Shown piece by piece: positions 48,491 to 62,299 of a DNA stretch of 64,000 bases (its first letter is position 1; each line of letters opens with the position of its first letter). Source of the DNA: Anthoceros angustus (lineage: Eukaryota > Plantae > Anthocerotophyta). The notes beneath the pieces are model-generated. The model did not search any database, was not told the origin of the DNA, and saw only the letters and a list, made by a program, of their open reading frames with translations. The position numbers and the translations under genes are program-made. The DNA lies in NCBI GenBank assembly GCA_010909165.1, contig VJWM01000135.1:62001-126000 (forward strand), written 5' to 3'.

Positions 48491-51400
48491 CACTTTTGGC
48501 TGCTTGTTTGACGCGACACCACAACCTCCCCTCGGCGCAAGGCTGGGTTGCGTCGAGTGAATCATAGCGATTCCCTATGTCGGTGATCAATGTGATGGCT
48601 TCATCGGTTTGCCTTGTACGTCGTTGATGCCATTGGTGACAGAGTGACGCGATTGGCATGAGTTGAAGTATCCAGATGCAGAAGATTGAAGAAAAGCTCT
48701 TTCCTGTGAAATGATGACGGTGTTGCGCTCTGAACTGCTGGTTGAGCTGCAAATCCAGCTGTACGAGTCCTACTTGTTCTCAGTGGCCTTTTCCTGAGAA
48801 GATTCGCTCCTCCTCCATGATAAGCTTCTCGTGCTATCAAACCTATTGTCATTACGTGTCGCTCGTGTGTGGTGTCTTGGAAAGCCCCTTTGTGAGCAAG
48901 TCTGCATGTTCTCTCACATAACAGAGGGCGACTTGCTTCTTTACTCACCACCCGGATGAAGTGGTCTTATTTCAACGTGCTTCGTCCTTGCATGCAACAA
49001 CGGATTGGTCATTGCTATTCTTGTTGGTTGTCGCGCCAGCTCGGTTGGTAATCGCCCCTGGTTGACATCTTGCAGGCGGCGTATCCACGAATCTCCTTAG
49101 CCGCCGGTGAGGTTGCGGCATACTCCACTCGGTGGATGAAAGGCATCATTGGCATCTTCTTGCAAGCCCGAAACAAGTGAACCATTGAGCATAGCACAAT
49201 ATCTCTGCCCGACTTTCGCGTCGGGATCACGCCTCTGCGGCAGGTACCCGGTGCGCTGCTTACATGCGGTGCGGGAAGTCCTGAGATCGGTACCTTTTAG
49301 GTATCTAGCGGATGAGGCCTCGGATCCGCTTGAGATTCATGCACCAATGTTGGCGAGTAGAGAAGCCTAACCACCTTTCTGCAGCGGCTGCAAGTGGCAT
49401 ACAGTTTGATGGCCGCTGCGGTAGCCTCATCAGCGATTGCGGTGGCACGCTGCGTCAGTCCACCACATGGTGAACATGACTCCACGGAGATGGCTATCGC
49501 TACGGTGGCGTTCGGATATGTTAGATGTGCCCAATCATGACAACCTCAGAAGACTTCTTGCAATTTTGGATAAGGCCTTCCCAACCAAGACCCACGAGAA
49601 AATTGCCGAGCTTGCCTTTGCGCAAGAAGGGTGAAAGCAGTCTGATGGCCTTTAGGCGATTACAGTGAGGGATGGCACGGGTATGTTGGTGACGGGAGGC
49701 ACGAAGTTCTTGGCCTTGAAGGCCCGACCCCATGTTTCATTATCACTCTTTACTACGTTGGTTGACAAGTATGGGGACAACTACACACCTGGATCAGTCT
49801 GGAAGCGGAGAAGAAGGAGTTGGCCTTCTCGGGTATGCTTCCCATACCAAGGCTTTCCACCATTACCAAATGTTTTCGTGGAAGGGTAGTTCGTTCAGCA
49901 GTCATCAACAAGGGCAAGGAGTCCAAGCCAAGGGCAGCGCCACCACCACACTTTGTAACAGTGTGGCGGTTGAACACCTTTTGCCATGCAGATCGCGACT
50001 CCTTACACTGCGCTCATTGCAGAAACCAGTCACGTGGGCGGTTTGTTTTTCAAGTATCCGGAGCGGCGACCGATTCGAGGAGGAAGAGTCAGGAAGTCGA
50101 TACCATGGAAGGATCCGAGCATTGCTCACAAGTCCGAGAAGTTTTCGGTACGGGGCCAGACTCTTAGGGACTTCAAAGCTGTTTGCTTCTTAACTAGTCG
50201 CGTGTTTAAGCATGGAGCCGCCTACACTCAGCAGTACATGTTTGAGCAGTGCAGGTATCTAAGGATGCGCTTAACGCATGTCCGATTAGGCCTTGCCGAT
50301 TAGAGAGATATCTAGATGCAATGTTGTGACTGGGATATGCTCCGGGCGTGTCCGGTTAAAATCTGAAGACTACCATGACTTCACTATAGGGTACTAATTT
50401 CATTTCTTCTATTTCTTACGGTGTTTCGGACTATCTAGTGCAGGACACTTTTTCACTGCAGACAATTGGGCGTCTTGTGTCAGCTTCTTTCGAGTTGAAC
50501 TGTCTAGGGCGATCTACGTAGTCTTTGGTGGATGAAGAAAGTACATGGGGTTTTCTCAAAATGGACACCTAGAGCGTGCTTAAGGGTCCTATGTCTACGA
50601 TTTTGTACTCTTTGGCTAACAAGTCCTTGACATGTTGGATGATTTGAGCGGCTACCAAAGATGAAGTTATCCGTCGAGAGAGGTCATGATGACGAAATGC
50701 TCTTTACGCCTAAGGAGATAAGCCTGGGATCTGCGCTAAAGGTGAGAATCCGAGACTTCTTCAAGTATAAGTCTACGGTTTGCCCATACCGGCAGATTGT
50801 TTCAATCGTAAAGTGATTTAATAAGCTTACAGACCTTTTGTTGTCCTTGATATAGCCGAGGGTGGAGCATATAAATGTCTTCACTCAACGTCAGTATAAG
50901 AAAGCGCTTACGCCAACTTGATGGATGTCCAGACGGTGATGGGGCCGGTGCTTAAGTATCCTTATAGATGTTGATTTCCTGTGAGTAGCCGATTTTCTTC
51001 GTAGTCAAAACCGGAACTTGGTCAAGCCTCTGGCGACTAGTCAGCCTTGTATCTTGCGGTACCATCCGGATTCAACTTCCTCACAGTGCACTTACAAGAT
51101 ATTGGTTTGTGGCACGGAGGTCAAGATCCACGTTTTGTTGGCGAGTAGAGAAGCCTAACCACCTTTCTGCAGCGGCTGCAAGTGGCATACAGTTTGATGG
51201 CCGCTGCGGTAGCCTCATCAGCGATTGCGGTGGCACGCTGCGTCAGTCCACCACATGGTGAACATGACTCCACGGAGATGGCTATCGCTACGGTGGCGTT
51301 CGGATATGTTAGATGTGCCCAATCATGACAACCTCAGAAGACTTCTTGCAATTTTGGATAAGGCCTTCCCAACCAAGACCCACGAGAAAATTGCCGAGCT

Positions 51401-54400
51401 TGCCTTTGCGCAAGAAGGTGAAAGCAGTCTGATGGCCTTTAGGCGATTACAGTGAGGGATGGCACGGGTATGTTGGTGACGGGAGGCACGAAGTTCTTGG
51501 CCTTGAAGGCCCGACCCCATGTTTCATTATCACTCTTTACTACGTTGGTTGACAAGTATGGGGACAACTACACACCTGGATCAGTCTGGAAGCGGAGAAG
51601 AAGGAGTTGGCCTTCTCGGGTATGCTTCCCATACCAAGGCTTTCCACCATTACCAAATGTTTTCGTGGAAGGGTAGTTCGTTCAGCAGTCATCAACAAGG
51701 GCAAGGAGTCCAAGCCAAGGGCAGCGCCACCACCACACTTTGTAACAGTGTGGCGGTTGAACACCTTTTGCCATGCAGATCGCGACTCCTTACACTGCGC
51801 TCATTGCAGAAACCAGTCACGTGGGCGGTTTGTTTTTCAAGTATCCGGAGCGGCGACCTTGGAAAAGCGAGGATAGACTCTAGTGCCGCCACTAAGCCTA
51901 CCATTACTATTGGGCTGAACCGGCAGCACGGTGCCTCGGCGGGAGGCGACTGGAAATCACGAGGAGCCAAGTCAAGCGCGAAGCTAAGGCTGCTGCTCAA
52001 ATGATCGCCACAGGCGACCATGGTGACTACCAGTCAGCACTTTTGGCGGCAAGCTTGAATCTTGCTAAGCACCGCCAATGCTATGGAACTTGTAGCCGGA
52101 CATCGACGATCTTGGTGAAGATTATGGGCGATCATGGAGGCTTATGCAACACACAAGGAGCGGTCAAGGCTGAACCATTGAGCATAGCACAATATCTCTG
52201 CCCGACTTTCGCGTCGGGATCACGCCTCTGCGGCAGGTACCCGGTGCGCTGCTTACATGCGGTGCGGGAAGTCCTGAGATCGGTACCTTTTAGGTATCTA
52301 AGGATGCGCTTAACGCATGTCCGATTAGGCCTTGCCGATTAGAGAGATATCTAGATGCAATGTTGTGACTGGGATATGCTCCGGGCGTGTCCGGTTAAAA
52401 TCTGAAGACTACCATGACTTCACTATAGGGTACTAATTTCATTTCTTCTATTTCTTACGGTGTTTCGGACTATCTAGTGCAGGACACTTTTTCACTGCAG
52501 ACAATTGGGCGTCTTGTGTCAGCTTCTTTCGAGTTGAACTGTCTAGGGCGATCTACGTAGTCTTTGGTGGATGAAGAAAGTACATGGGGTTTTCTCAAAA
52601 TGGACACCTAGAGCGTGCTTAAGGGTCCTATGTCTACGATTTTGTACTCTTTGGCTAACAAGTCCTTGACATGTTGGATGATTTGAGCGGCTACCAAAGA
52701 TGAAGTTATCCGTCGAGAGAGGTCATGATGACGAAATGCTCTTTACGCCTAAGGAGATAAGCCTGGGATCTGCGCTAAAGGTGAGAATCGTTGGTGATGA
52801 TTGCATGACCATCATGGTCGATGGATTCACTTGTTTCGCAAGGCATGCCGACAATTGGCTTGGAAAGTCGTGGTCTACCAATCTGACCCACAAATCGCGC
52901 AAGGCCACGCGATAAATAACGTGCTTCGTCCTTGCATGCAACAACGGATTGGTCATTGCTATTCTTGTTGGTTGTCGCGCCAGCTCGGTTGGTAATCGCC
53001 CCTGGTTGACATCTTGCAGGCGGCGTATCCACGAATCTCCTTAGCCGCCGGTGAGGTTGCGGCATACTCCACTCGGTGGATGAAAGGCATCATTGGCATC
53101 TTCTTGCAAGCCCGAAACAAGTGAACCATTGAGCATAGCACAATATCTCTGCCCGACTTTCGCGTCGGGATCACGCCTCTGCGGCAGGTACCCGGTGCGC
53201 TGCTTACATGCGGTGCGGGAAGTCCTGAGATCGGTACCTTTTAGGTATCTAAGGATGCGCTTAACGCATGTCCGATTAGGCCTTGCCGATTAGAGAGATA
53301 TCTAGATGCAATGTTGTGACTGGGATATGCTCCGGGCGTGTCCGGTTAAAATCTGAAGACTACCATGACTTCACTATAGGGTACTAATTTCATTTCTTCT
53401 ATTTCTTACGGTGTTTCGGACTATCTAGTGCAGGACACTTTTTCACTGCAGACAATTGGGCGTCTTGTGTCAGCTTCTTTCGAGTTGAACTGTCTAGGGC
53501 GATCTACGTAGTCTTTGGTGGATGAAGAAAGTACATGGGGTTTTCTCAAAATGGACACCTAGAGCGTGCTTAAGGGTCCTATGTCTACGATTTTGTACTC
53601 TTTGGCTAACAAGTCCTTGACATGTTGGATGATTTGAGCGGCTACCAAAGATGAAGTTATCCGTCGAGAGAGGTCATGATGACGAAATGCTCTTTACGCC
53701 TAAGGAGATAAGCCTGGGATCTGCGCTAAAGGTGAGAATCCGAGACTTCTTCAAGTATAAGTCTACGGTTTGCCCATACCGGCAGATTGTTTCAATCGTA
53801 AAGTGATTTAATAAGCTTACAGACCTTTTGTTGTCCTTGATATAGCCGAGGGTGGAGCATATAAATGTCTTCACTCAACGTCAGTATAAGAAAGCGCTTA
53901 CGCCAACTTGATGGATGTCCAGACGGTGATGGGGCCGGTGCTTAAGTATCCTTATAGATGTTGATTTCCTGTGAGTAGCCGATTTTCTTCGTAGTCAAAA
54001 CCGGAACTTGGTCAAGCCTCTGGCGACTAGTCAGCCTTGTATCTTGCGGTACCATCCGGATTCAACTTCCTCACAGTGCACTTACAAGATATTGGTTTGT
54101 GGCACGGAGGTCAAGATCCACGTTTTGTTGGCGATCAATGAGTCATATTCAGATTTTCTTTGCGGTGTCCATTCGGGGTCCTGAATGCTTCCTCAATTGT
54201 GGAACATCCGCATTTCGATGGTGACATCGCTTTATGTAAAGCCACGTTGATATGATGAGTGTTCTTTGGTCTTTGTGCATGTCCTCCGGAGTTGGGGTTA
54301 GAGTAGCGGAGGCTCTACCGATTGAGTCTCGAGGCGTGATAGGCATCCTTCCTTTGGATCGAGGAGGACGGCGATGTGGTGGCCGTCTAAGTGGAGGCTC

Positions 54401-57400
54401 GTGACTCAAGGTAAGGGGTTCTGCAGGATGTTGGTCGGGTTAAATATCGTAAAGAGGTTAGCGATTCGTTGTGGTGGTTGACCTATGTTTGGTGGTGAAT
54501 GGAGTACAGGTTGAGTACAGGTTATCTTGAGTGGGGTTGTGGTTGTGGTTGGTAGGATTGCAGCCGACCTTGCTTGTACATCGTCAACTACAAGCTCATA
54601 ATCAGTGGGTTATATGTCTCCCCTCAAGGTCGAGAGGGAAGAAGGTGAATGGCCGGAAATGCTAGGAGGGGAAGAGGTGTAGAGGTGCACGGATTGCAGA
54701 TAAGTATTGAGCGAGGGTTGCTTCATGGAAATGTACCTGGAGAGAGCTACACGGTAGAAGGGTCAAGCAACTGTAAGGGTAGGAATAGCCTATGAAGAGC
54801 AACTTCTTACTTTTGTGGTCCCATTTCTTGCTTGGTCATCGGGGATATGGGCAAATCTTTGGGCTGCGAATATTGAGATGAGAGATCACGGGGCTTCTCC
54901 GGCGCTCATACGGTGTGATGTTGGGAAGCTCCTTCGTCGGTCTGTTCTTAAGATAATTAGCGTGGACGCTTTGCCCGATATCCTTGTGTGAGGCTGGCCG
55001 GCAGGCGAGGCAGAGATCTCCAGCGGTGGCGGTTGAGCCTTTACGCAGGTTACAGCTGGTGTCACGGGAGGCATGGTGGGGTTGCCATGCCCCTGGATGC
55101 GTGAACTCACAGAAAGAATGGCGAGGTACTCGCCAGCATTGTCGGTGAGTGCGACTTGAAGTCCCGTGTGCCGTACGCTAATGCTGAACTCTTGAAAACC
55201 GGAGAGGCCTGGTCCTTGTGCTTGAGAAAGTATATGTGGCAATAGCTCCACTCATCGGAAAAGTCAAAAATAGGAATGGCCACCAAAGAAGATGTGCTCA
55301 TATGGGCGGATATACGAATGGATGACTTGAGGCGTTTGCCCTTGTAGGTAAGGGTCATTGAAGGCAATTGATTTAGCTTGTATATTAGGACTTCACGGTA
55401 TAGATCATTTTAACATTGGGTCTCTTACATGGTTTGGGTTGGACGGTGATAACGAATGCTCATATACCGCTCAGCGTGCGAGGAGGAGTCGAGACTTGGA
55501 TAAGGACTTAAGACACGATTTTGGGCATCTACCATCGTGAGTAGTGAATATTTAAAAGATATAGGTCGTTGTATGGAAGGCCATGTCGAGAGTTGTTGGA
55601 GGGATCATTAAGCTTGTGAAAAGTCCAACCGTCAAGATCCACGTTTTGTTGGCGATCAATGAGTCATATTGATTTTCTGCGGGTCCATTCGGGGTCCCGA
55701 ATGCTTCCTCAATTGTGGAACATCCCATTTCGATGGTGACATCGCTTTATGCCACGCGTTGATATGATGAGTGTTACTGCGATGTACATTGCATGTCCTC
55801 TCGGTCTCGATATCCAGCCATTCCGAGCCTCCCATAGCTGCCAGGGGCACATGCGGCAAGCTCAAGAAAGCGATTGCTCGTGTTATGCAAGTCTGCGGAA
55901 AACCTTCACAGACCCGCCACGGGGAGGGAGCACATGTTTCCCCATTCAGCGATGCAGTGATTACTTGGCTACCTTCATCACGAGGTATTACCTTGGTGGA
56001 GCCGTTTGGGGCCTATGTCTTGGTCTTGAGGCGATCTTGAGGTGTGGCATCACGGTCTTGAGTACATCTTGTGATGTTTGTCCACCGTTAGGCATATTGC
56101 ACATCGGTGCACTGCTGCGGTGATTTCCCCAATTTTCCAGCGGGCGGTAGAGCATGTTTGACACTCTCCACGTAATATTCAAGACATCCAAGCACACGTT
56201 CAAGCCCTTGGGCATGTGGATTTGCTGATTGCAGGATGGGAGTGCCAAGGCCTATCCCAAGCTGGGAAAGGAGCAGGTTGCAAGATAACCGTTCAGGCTT
56301 ATTTAGGGATCTGGTGCAAGTACTTCACTGGCTACAGGATCAACATCCTCAAGTGGCTTATCTGCTGGAGAACACACCAACCCAATTGGATGCTCGGCCA
56401 CAAGCTGCAAGACATGGGCGATCCGACATCATTGGACCTCCCTTCACCATGGATGCTCGGTGGGCAGCTATGCTCACAGACTCTTATTGGACCAATTTGG
56501 TCCCCTTATCTATCCACACTTGGCTTTACAGGGAGCCCACCCGTCTCCTAGGATGTCACGGATGACAATCATACTCCCAAGCACTGCGGTAAGGAGGCGA
56601 GCCCCTTGGTTTCCTACCAACACACCGGCCGCCAAGGAGAACTACGCCCAGTCGGCTATCACGGCTCCTATGCTTATAGGAATAACGGTCTGGTATGCTT
56701 TTAATGAAGATACCAAGGTGTGGGAGGAACCTACATGGAGGAGAGGGAACGGGTGATGGGTCTCCACACCCACAAAGACGGCCGCACCCAAGGCTTCAGG
56801 CTCGGAGGTTGCGGCACTTGGCCGTGCCATGGATGTCGGTGCTCGACGGGGTCGACCTTTGCTTGGCTTTTCAGATGCTCACGGACCTCGGCGCAGGACC
56901 CTTCTTTTGTTCATACCCGGTACTTTTCTTGTCATCATCTTTGTTCACTTGCCATTTCAGCTTTAGCTCTTGGTCCCATCACCGATAGAATGGGGTGGAG
57001 CACATGTTTCCCAAAACTGTTGTTTACCTTGATGGATCTAGGACCGGGATCAACTACAAGACTTCACCTACCATGGAAACTTTTGGTTGGACCATGGGTC
57101 CTCAGTGGATTAGGCGGTGATATCAGGCTTTGCTTTTACAATACTCAGTTGTTTTGCTTTCGGCATGAAGGATTTGAAGAGGTGCAATGTCATGACCTTG
57201 ATTAAGGACATGCTTGTGCTTGAAACATGTCTTTGAAAGTCCTCCGGATGGCGTTGGAAGTGGCTTGGCCACTTGTGTGTATCATCATACTCTTGTCAAT
57301 GGCGAAATCAAAATGCTACAGACGCTTATCCTTCTTAATCCAAGCTGCAACCTAGTCAATTGCAGGAGGATTAGGCTGTAGTGGAAGGTTGGCGGCAGTT

Positions 57401-60400
57401 CCATCGACTATCCCCATGGTCGTGCTCTTCCGGCAGCGCGATGATGCATTGTCGGCCAAATCTCGTAATTGTAGCGATTAGTGCGGCAGATGCATCGAGG
57501 ATCCGATAGATGAAGCTGGGCCTTCGGCGCCGGGGAGTTGTATAAGGTGGGCTAATTAGGCCCTCTAGTTACGATTCTGCAGCCACTTCTTCCACCTAAG
57601 AAGGACGATGGCTTTTAATTTGGCGAATGTGTGGGGACTATCGTCCCATCAATGCAACAGCTACGGATAGGTATCCTATGCCTACACGGAGGAGTTGTTT
57701 AACTGACATTAGGCGTCTAAGTTCTTTTCTACGGACTGCGGCGGGGCTTCAATCAAAGTGCCGATGGCGGAGGACATTCCCAAGGCAGTTTTATGGACCA
57801 TGGGAGTGGCTGGTCATGCCTTTTGGGTTCAAGAATGCACCGTGACTTTCCAAAGAGTCATGGACAAGAATCTGGCGGGCGCCTCATCTTTTGTGTTACA
57901 TAGATGATGTATTGGTCCATAGTGTGGACTTTGACACTCATCCGATGCATCCGGAGGATTTGTTCGAGCAAAGGCCCGTAACATGTCATCCACCCAAGTG
58001 TGAATTTGCCATGGACACGATTGCATATCTTGGGCATCGGATTCGCGGATGGCATAACACCACATCTTTGCTAAGGTGCGGGCCATCCAATGATCCAAGC
58101 CCCAACTAATGTGCTCTTAGGGCTTTTTAGGGTTGTGCAATTACTATAGGGTCTATGTTCGTGCCTTTAGCATTGCTAAGCCCTTGAATGATCTGCGCAA
58201 GGAGACAACTGGGATTGGACGAGAAGTTGTCAATGGCGGAAATCAAAATGCTACGGGCACGCTTATCCTTCTTAATCCAAGCACCAACCTAGTCATTGGA
58301 GGATTAGGCTGTAGTGGAAGGTTGGCGGCAGTTCCATCGACTATCCCCATGAGGTCGTGCTCTTCCGGTGTGATGATGCTTGTCGGCCAATCTCGTAATT
58401 GTTGGCGATTGTAGTGCGGCGATGCATCGAGGATCCGATAGATAGGCAATTCATGGTAGAGAACACAATGTAGTGTATATCGGTGAGCGAGTAAAGGAGG
58501 AGAATAAGCGCGATTCGTGACGCTTCGCCCAAATGTCGGTTCAGTTTTCGTGCTTAAAAAGCGAAACGTGCCCTAAGGGCTTGAAGAGCAAGTGATGCAA
58601 ATGCCGATCATGGCGCTGATTTTCCAAGCCTTTTGTCCTCCATACATGGAGCATTTTGGGGCTGGGGCACACAAGTGGATCTTGAAGGTCGAGAGGGTCA
58701 TTGCCTATGCTTCAAGAAGCAACAACAGGCGGAAGCAAATTACTCCAGCTATGAAGGGAGTTGCTTGCGTGTGGGCTATCGCCATTTTCGCCCTTATCAT
58801 GTGAATGTTCCTGTAATGTGAGACCATCAGCCCTTGAAATGGCGATGTCTATCTAACTTAGTGGGAAACTCGCAAGGTGGGCAATGATTCTTGAGGACTA
58901 TGAGTTTGAGGTGGTCCATCGGCCGGAACCAAGCACCGAGAATCACGTCTGCATCACGCAACCACAGACGGAGTGGCGAGGACAATCACGGCTCGCCAGG
59001 GCGGTGACATGGAGGAAACTCCTAATCTGCAGCTTTGGTGACCATGCTGCGTGGTGCAGTGCATGCTACGTAGTTTCAACACAAGGATGTGTGGAGTGAT
59101 GAAGCCACATTGCGGTATGTGAAGAGGCAAATGGATGCTAGCTTGGATGCACATCAAGAGAAGGTGCTGAGAGCACTTATGAGTGGAGGGATGGGTACTG
59201 CGAGGAGGTGGCCAGTGAGCGTTTGGTGCCTCCACCACGAGGATCGTCTGAGGCTTATCCATAGGGTGCATGAAGATCTAGGCCATTTTGGTGTGAAGCG
59301 CACCTCGATGCACTCCATCCACATTTCCTGGCATGGCATGTTCACTCGGTGCGAGGAGGTGGCTGTGTGTGCTCAATGTGTGGTCAAGGCTTCTTTAGCA
59401 ACCCTCATTCGTGCAGCCGTTGCCCATCATGGGACTCTTCTTTAGGTGGTCCTGACTTGGTGGAGAATTTCCACGCACACCACGTGGCAATGTTTACATC
59501 ATGGTCATGATTGAACATTTTGCGAAGTGGGTGGAACCGGTAGCACTTCCGGACAAGACATCACGAAGCCAAAACATTTTTTGTGCTTAGATTTGGGGCG
59601 ATCTTGAGTGTCTCCAGACCGTGAGTCGAGGTGAGTTTCGGGATCTCTTGGATGGTGCACTTATTGACCGCGCTGGCCGTGATCACCCACAAGCGACGGG
59701 TTGGGCGAGAGGATGGTGCGAGACCATCAAGCAGGCGTTGAGAAAGCTATGCCTCACCAAGCCCAAGGCAGTTGGGACTTGGCTTTGCCATACATTGCTA
59801 TGGGCTACAGGATGAGCAAGCATGCATCGGCCAACTTTTCACCTTACTTCCTTTTGTTTGGAAGAGCGGTACCACACTGCCATTGCTCGATGCAAGAAGT
59901 GTTGAGTTTGGATGACCCGGCCGCATGGGCCAAGGCTATTGGGGAACGTGCCTTATTAGGCGGTGATGCCAATGGCTATGGCCAATCTCAAGATAGCTCG
60001 ACGCATCGTGATACACTCGGTATGCTCATACCGAGTGGGAGTTTCCACCCTAAGGTCGAAATTTCAGCGGGACTATGTCTATCTACAGTGGCAAACCACA
60101 GGATACTTTGGAGCCTAGCACCAGACATGTGTTACGTGTGCGAGAGGTGCGAGAAATGGAGTGTTGTCTGGAGGGGTCGATGGGCGGTTACAGCGGACCA
60201 CATGAAGAATTGTGCCCCATGCCATCTCGCCCAACTTGGACCCCACGCTGGTCACAAGAAATTGGGTCCCTCCGGTTGACTATCCATGTCGGTGTGCGGA
60301 GAATTGATGATCCGGCACTCATGTTGTTGTGTGATGGCTGCAATGGCGGCTACCACCTATTTTGTCTTGACCACCGATCGAGGTGCCGAGAATTCGTGGT

Positions 60401-60660
60401 ATTGCCCCTTTGCCGAGCTAGGGACACGATGTGATCGGTGACTCCTTGGATTTTCCTTTGGCATCCGACAGAGCTTGCTGCAGCTTTGGTGGCTTGTAGC
60501 ACCACCGGGGGATGAGGATTTACGATTCCGTTCATCCTGCTCATTTTCTCGATCACGTTCATAGCGACCTACTCGAGAGTGTGAGGTTAGGACTTTCGTT
60601 CGCGTACAATTTTGGTTGCCTAATGTCAAGGGCACTTTTGGCTAACATCTTGTTTATTAC
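48490..60660. mobile_element. Mosaic of DNMT-Gypsy fragments (+) and Copia family-2 fragments (-)
   Basis: Gypsy gag (49.3-50.2 and 51.1-52.2 kb), protease-adjacent (52.8 kb), DNMT (55.8-56.9 kb), RT (57.0-58.2 kb) and RH-IN-PHD (58.6-60.4 kb). These alternate with Copia RH/RT (48.5-49.3, 50.25-51.1, 52.2-54.1 kb), integrase (54.6-55.4 kb; FSDEWSYCHIYFLKHKDQ, LRTDR) and gag start (57.2-57.5, 58.2-58.5 kb; HDLMGIVDGT). Confidence 0.85.
55960..56900 (+). CDS. DNMT3-like methyltransferase domain, copy 2 (frameshifted)
   Basis: DLLIAGWECQGLSQAGKGAG (GWEC at 56234-56245), LQDNRSGLFRDLVQVLHWLQDQHPQVAYLLENTP, GSYAHR, SYWTNLVP, EERERVMG and LGRAMDV. Confidence 0.88.
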
Positions 60661-60665
60661 GGCTG

Positions 60666-62152
60666 TGTCAAGCCATGCTGATTAATTAGGCTAGCTAATT
60701 AATTAACCTAGGTAATCAGGCCGATTATTAAATAACGATCCGAATTAGGCGGGCATGAAGCGTATGGGTTCGTTTAGGGCTCGAGGCGGGCGTGAAGGGC
60801 AAACGTATGATGCCGGATGATGACGAACGTGAGTGATCGGGCAGCTCGGGCATTATTACGCAAGATGGTCGTGAGGTTGCGGCGTGGGCGCATGGCGCCG
60901 ACGGTGTGGAGTGAGACCGCGGGCAGCCGGGGAGCAAGTGCGAGATAAGTACAGTTGCGGGGCTTAGCGAGTAGTTGTCGAAGTTCTCAAAGTACGCATG
61001 TGGCAACAGACCTTCCGTGTGGCCGGCTAGGGGACATAAGATATCTTTGTGTGATTTCGATGTCAGACAAGTCGTGAGCGTCATGTCGTGTGTGTGTGGT
61101 CCGAGTGTGTCGTGTTGATCTTTGGTGAGGACTTCGCAACTCAAGAATCTGGTTTGTTAGGCGGTGTGCAAGATCTGCTGGTGTTTCGAGTTGGTGATCT
61201 GGTGCTGCGCGTGGGTGTTGTGAAACCGAGATTGCGTCACGGTGGTTCAGCTCGCGATTTTACCCAAACCGGTTTTGAGTGAACAAGACACATTAGCGCC
61301 TTGCTTGCGGTAGACGATGTTTCTTCGTATGGTTTTGATGAGGATTTACGATTCCGTTCATCCTGCTCATTTTCTCACAACACGCTCATAGCGACCTACT
61401 CGAGAGTGTGAGGTTAGGACTTTCGTTCGCGTACAATTTTGGTTGCCTAATGTCAAGGGCACTTTTGGCTGCTGTTTGACCTGACAGTTTGTCAAGCCAT
61501 GCTGATTAATTAGGCTAGCTAATTAATTAACTAGGTAATCAGGTTATTATTAAATAAAATTAGCGGGCATGAAGCGTATGGGTTCGTTTAGGGCTCGGAG
61601 GCGAGGCGTGAAGGGCAAGCGTGATGATCTTGGATGATAATGAGCGTGGTGGTGCAGCTCGGGCATTATTACGCAAGATGGTCGTGAGGTTGCGGCGTGG
61701 GCAGCATGGCGGACGGTGGAGTGAGACCGCGCGGCCGAGGCAAGTGCGGCCTGAGATAAGTACCAGGGCGGGGCTTAGCGAGTAGTTGTCGAAGTTCTCA
61801 ATGGCCTTGCTCTGTGTGACTTGGACCTTCGTGGCCGGCTAGGGGACATAAGATATCTTTGTGTGATTTCGATGTCAGACAAGTCGTGAGCGTCATGTCG
61901 TGTGTGGTCCGAGTGTGTCGTGTTGATCTTTGGTGAGGACTTACCGCAACTCACCGAATCTGGTTTGTTAGGGCGGTGTGCAAGATCTGCTGGTGTTTCG
62001 AGTTGGGCGATCCTGGTGAGGTTTGCGTGGGTGTTAATGAAACCGAGATTGCGTCACGGTGGTTCAGCTCGCGATTTTACCCAAACACGGTTTTGAGTGA
62101 ACAAGACACATTAGCGCTCCTTGCGGTAGACGATGTTTCTTCGTATGGTTTT
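60666..62152 (+). repeat. Two tandem LTR copies of the DNMT-Gypsy family separated by the element's 3' subterminal segment (about 155 bp)
   Basis: LTRs at 60666-61336 and 61490-62152. The junction TATGGTTTT|GATGAGGATTT recurs at 48368, 61336 and 62152. Confidence 0.8.
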
Positions 62153-62299
62153 GATGAGGATTTACCAGATTCCGCTCATCCTCGCTCATTTTCTCACGAT
62201 CCGTTCATAGCGACCTACTCGAGAGTGTGAGGTTAGGACTTTCGTTCGCGTACAATTTTGGTTGCCTAATGTCAAGGGCACTTTTGGCTGCTTCTTGTT

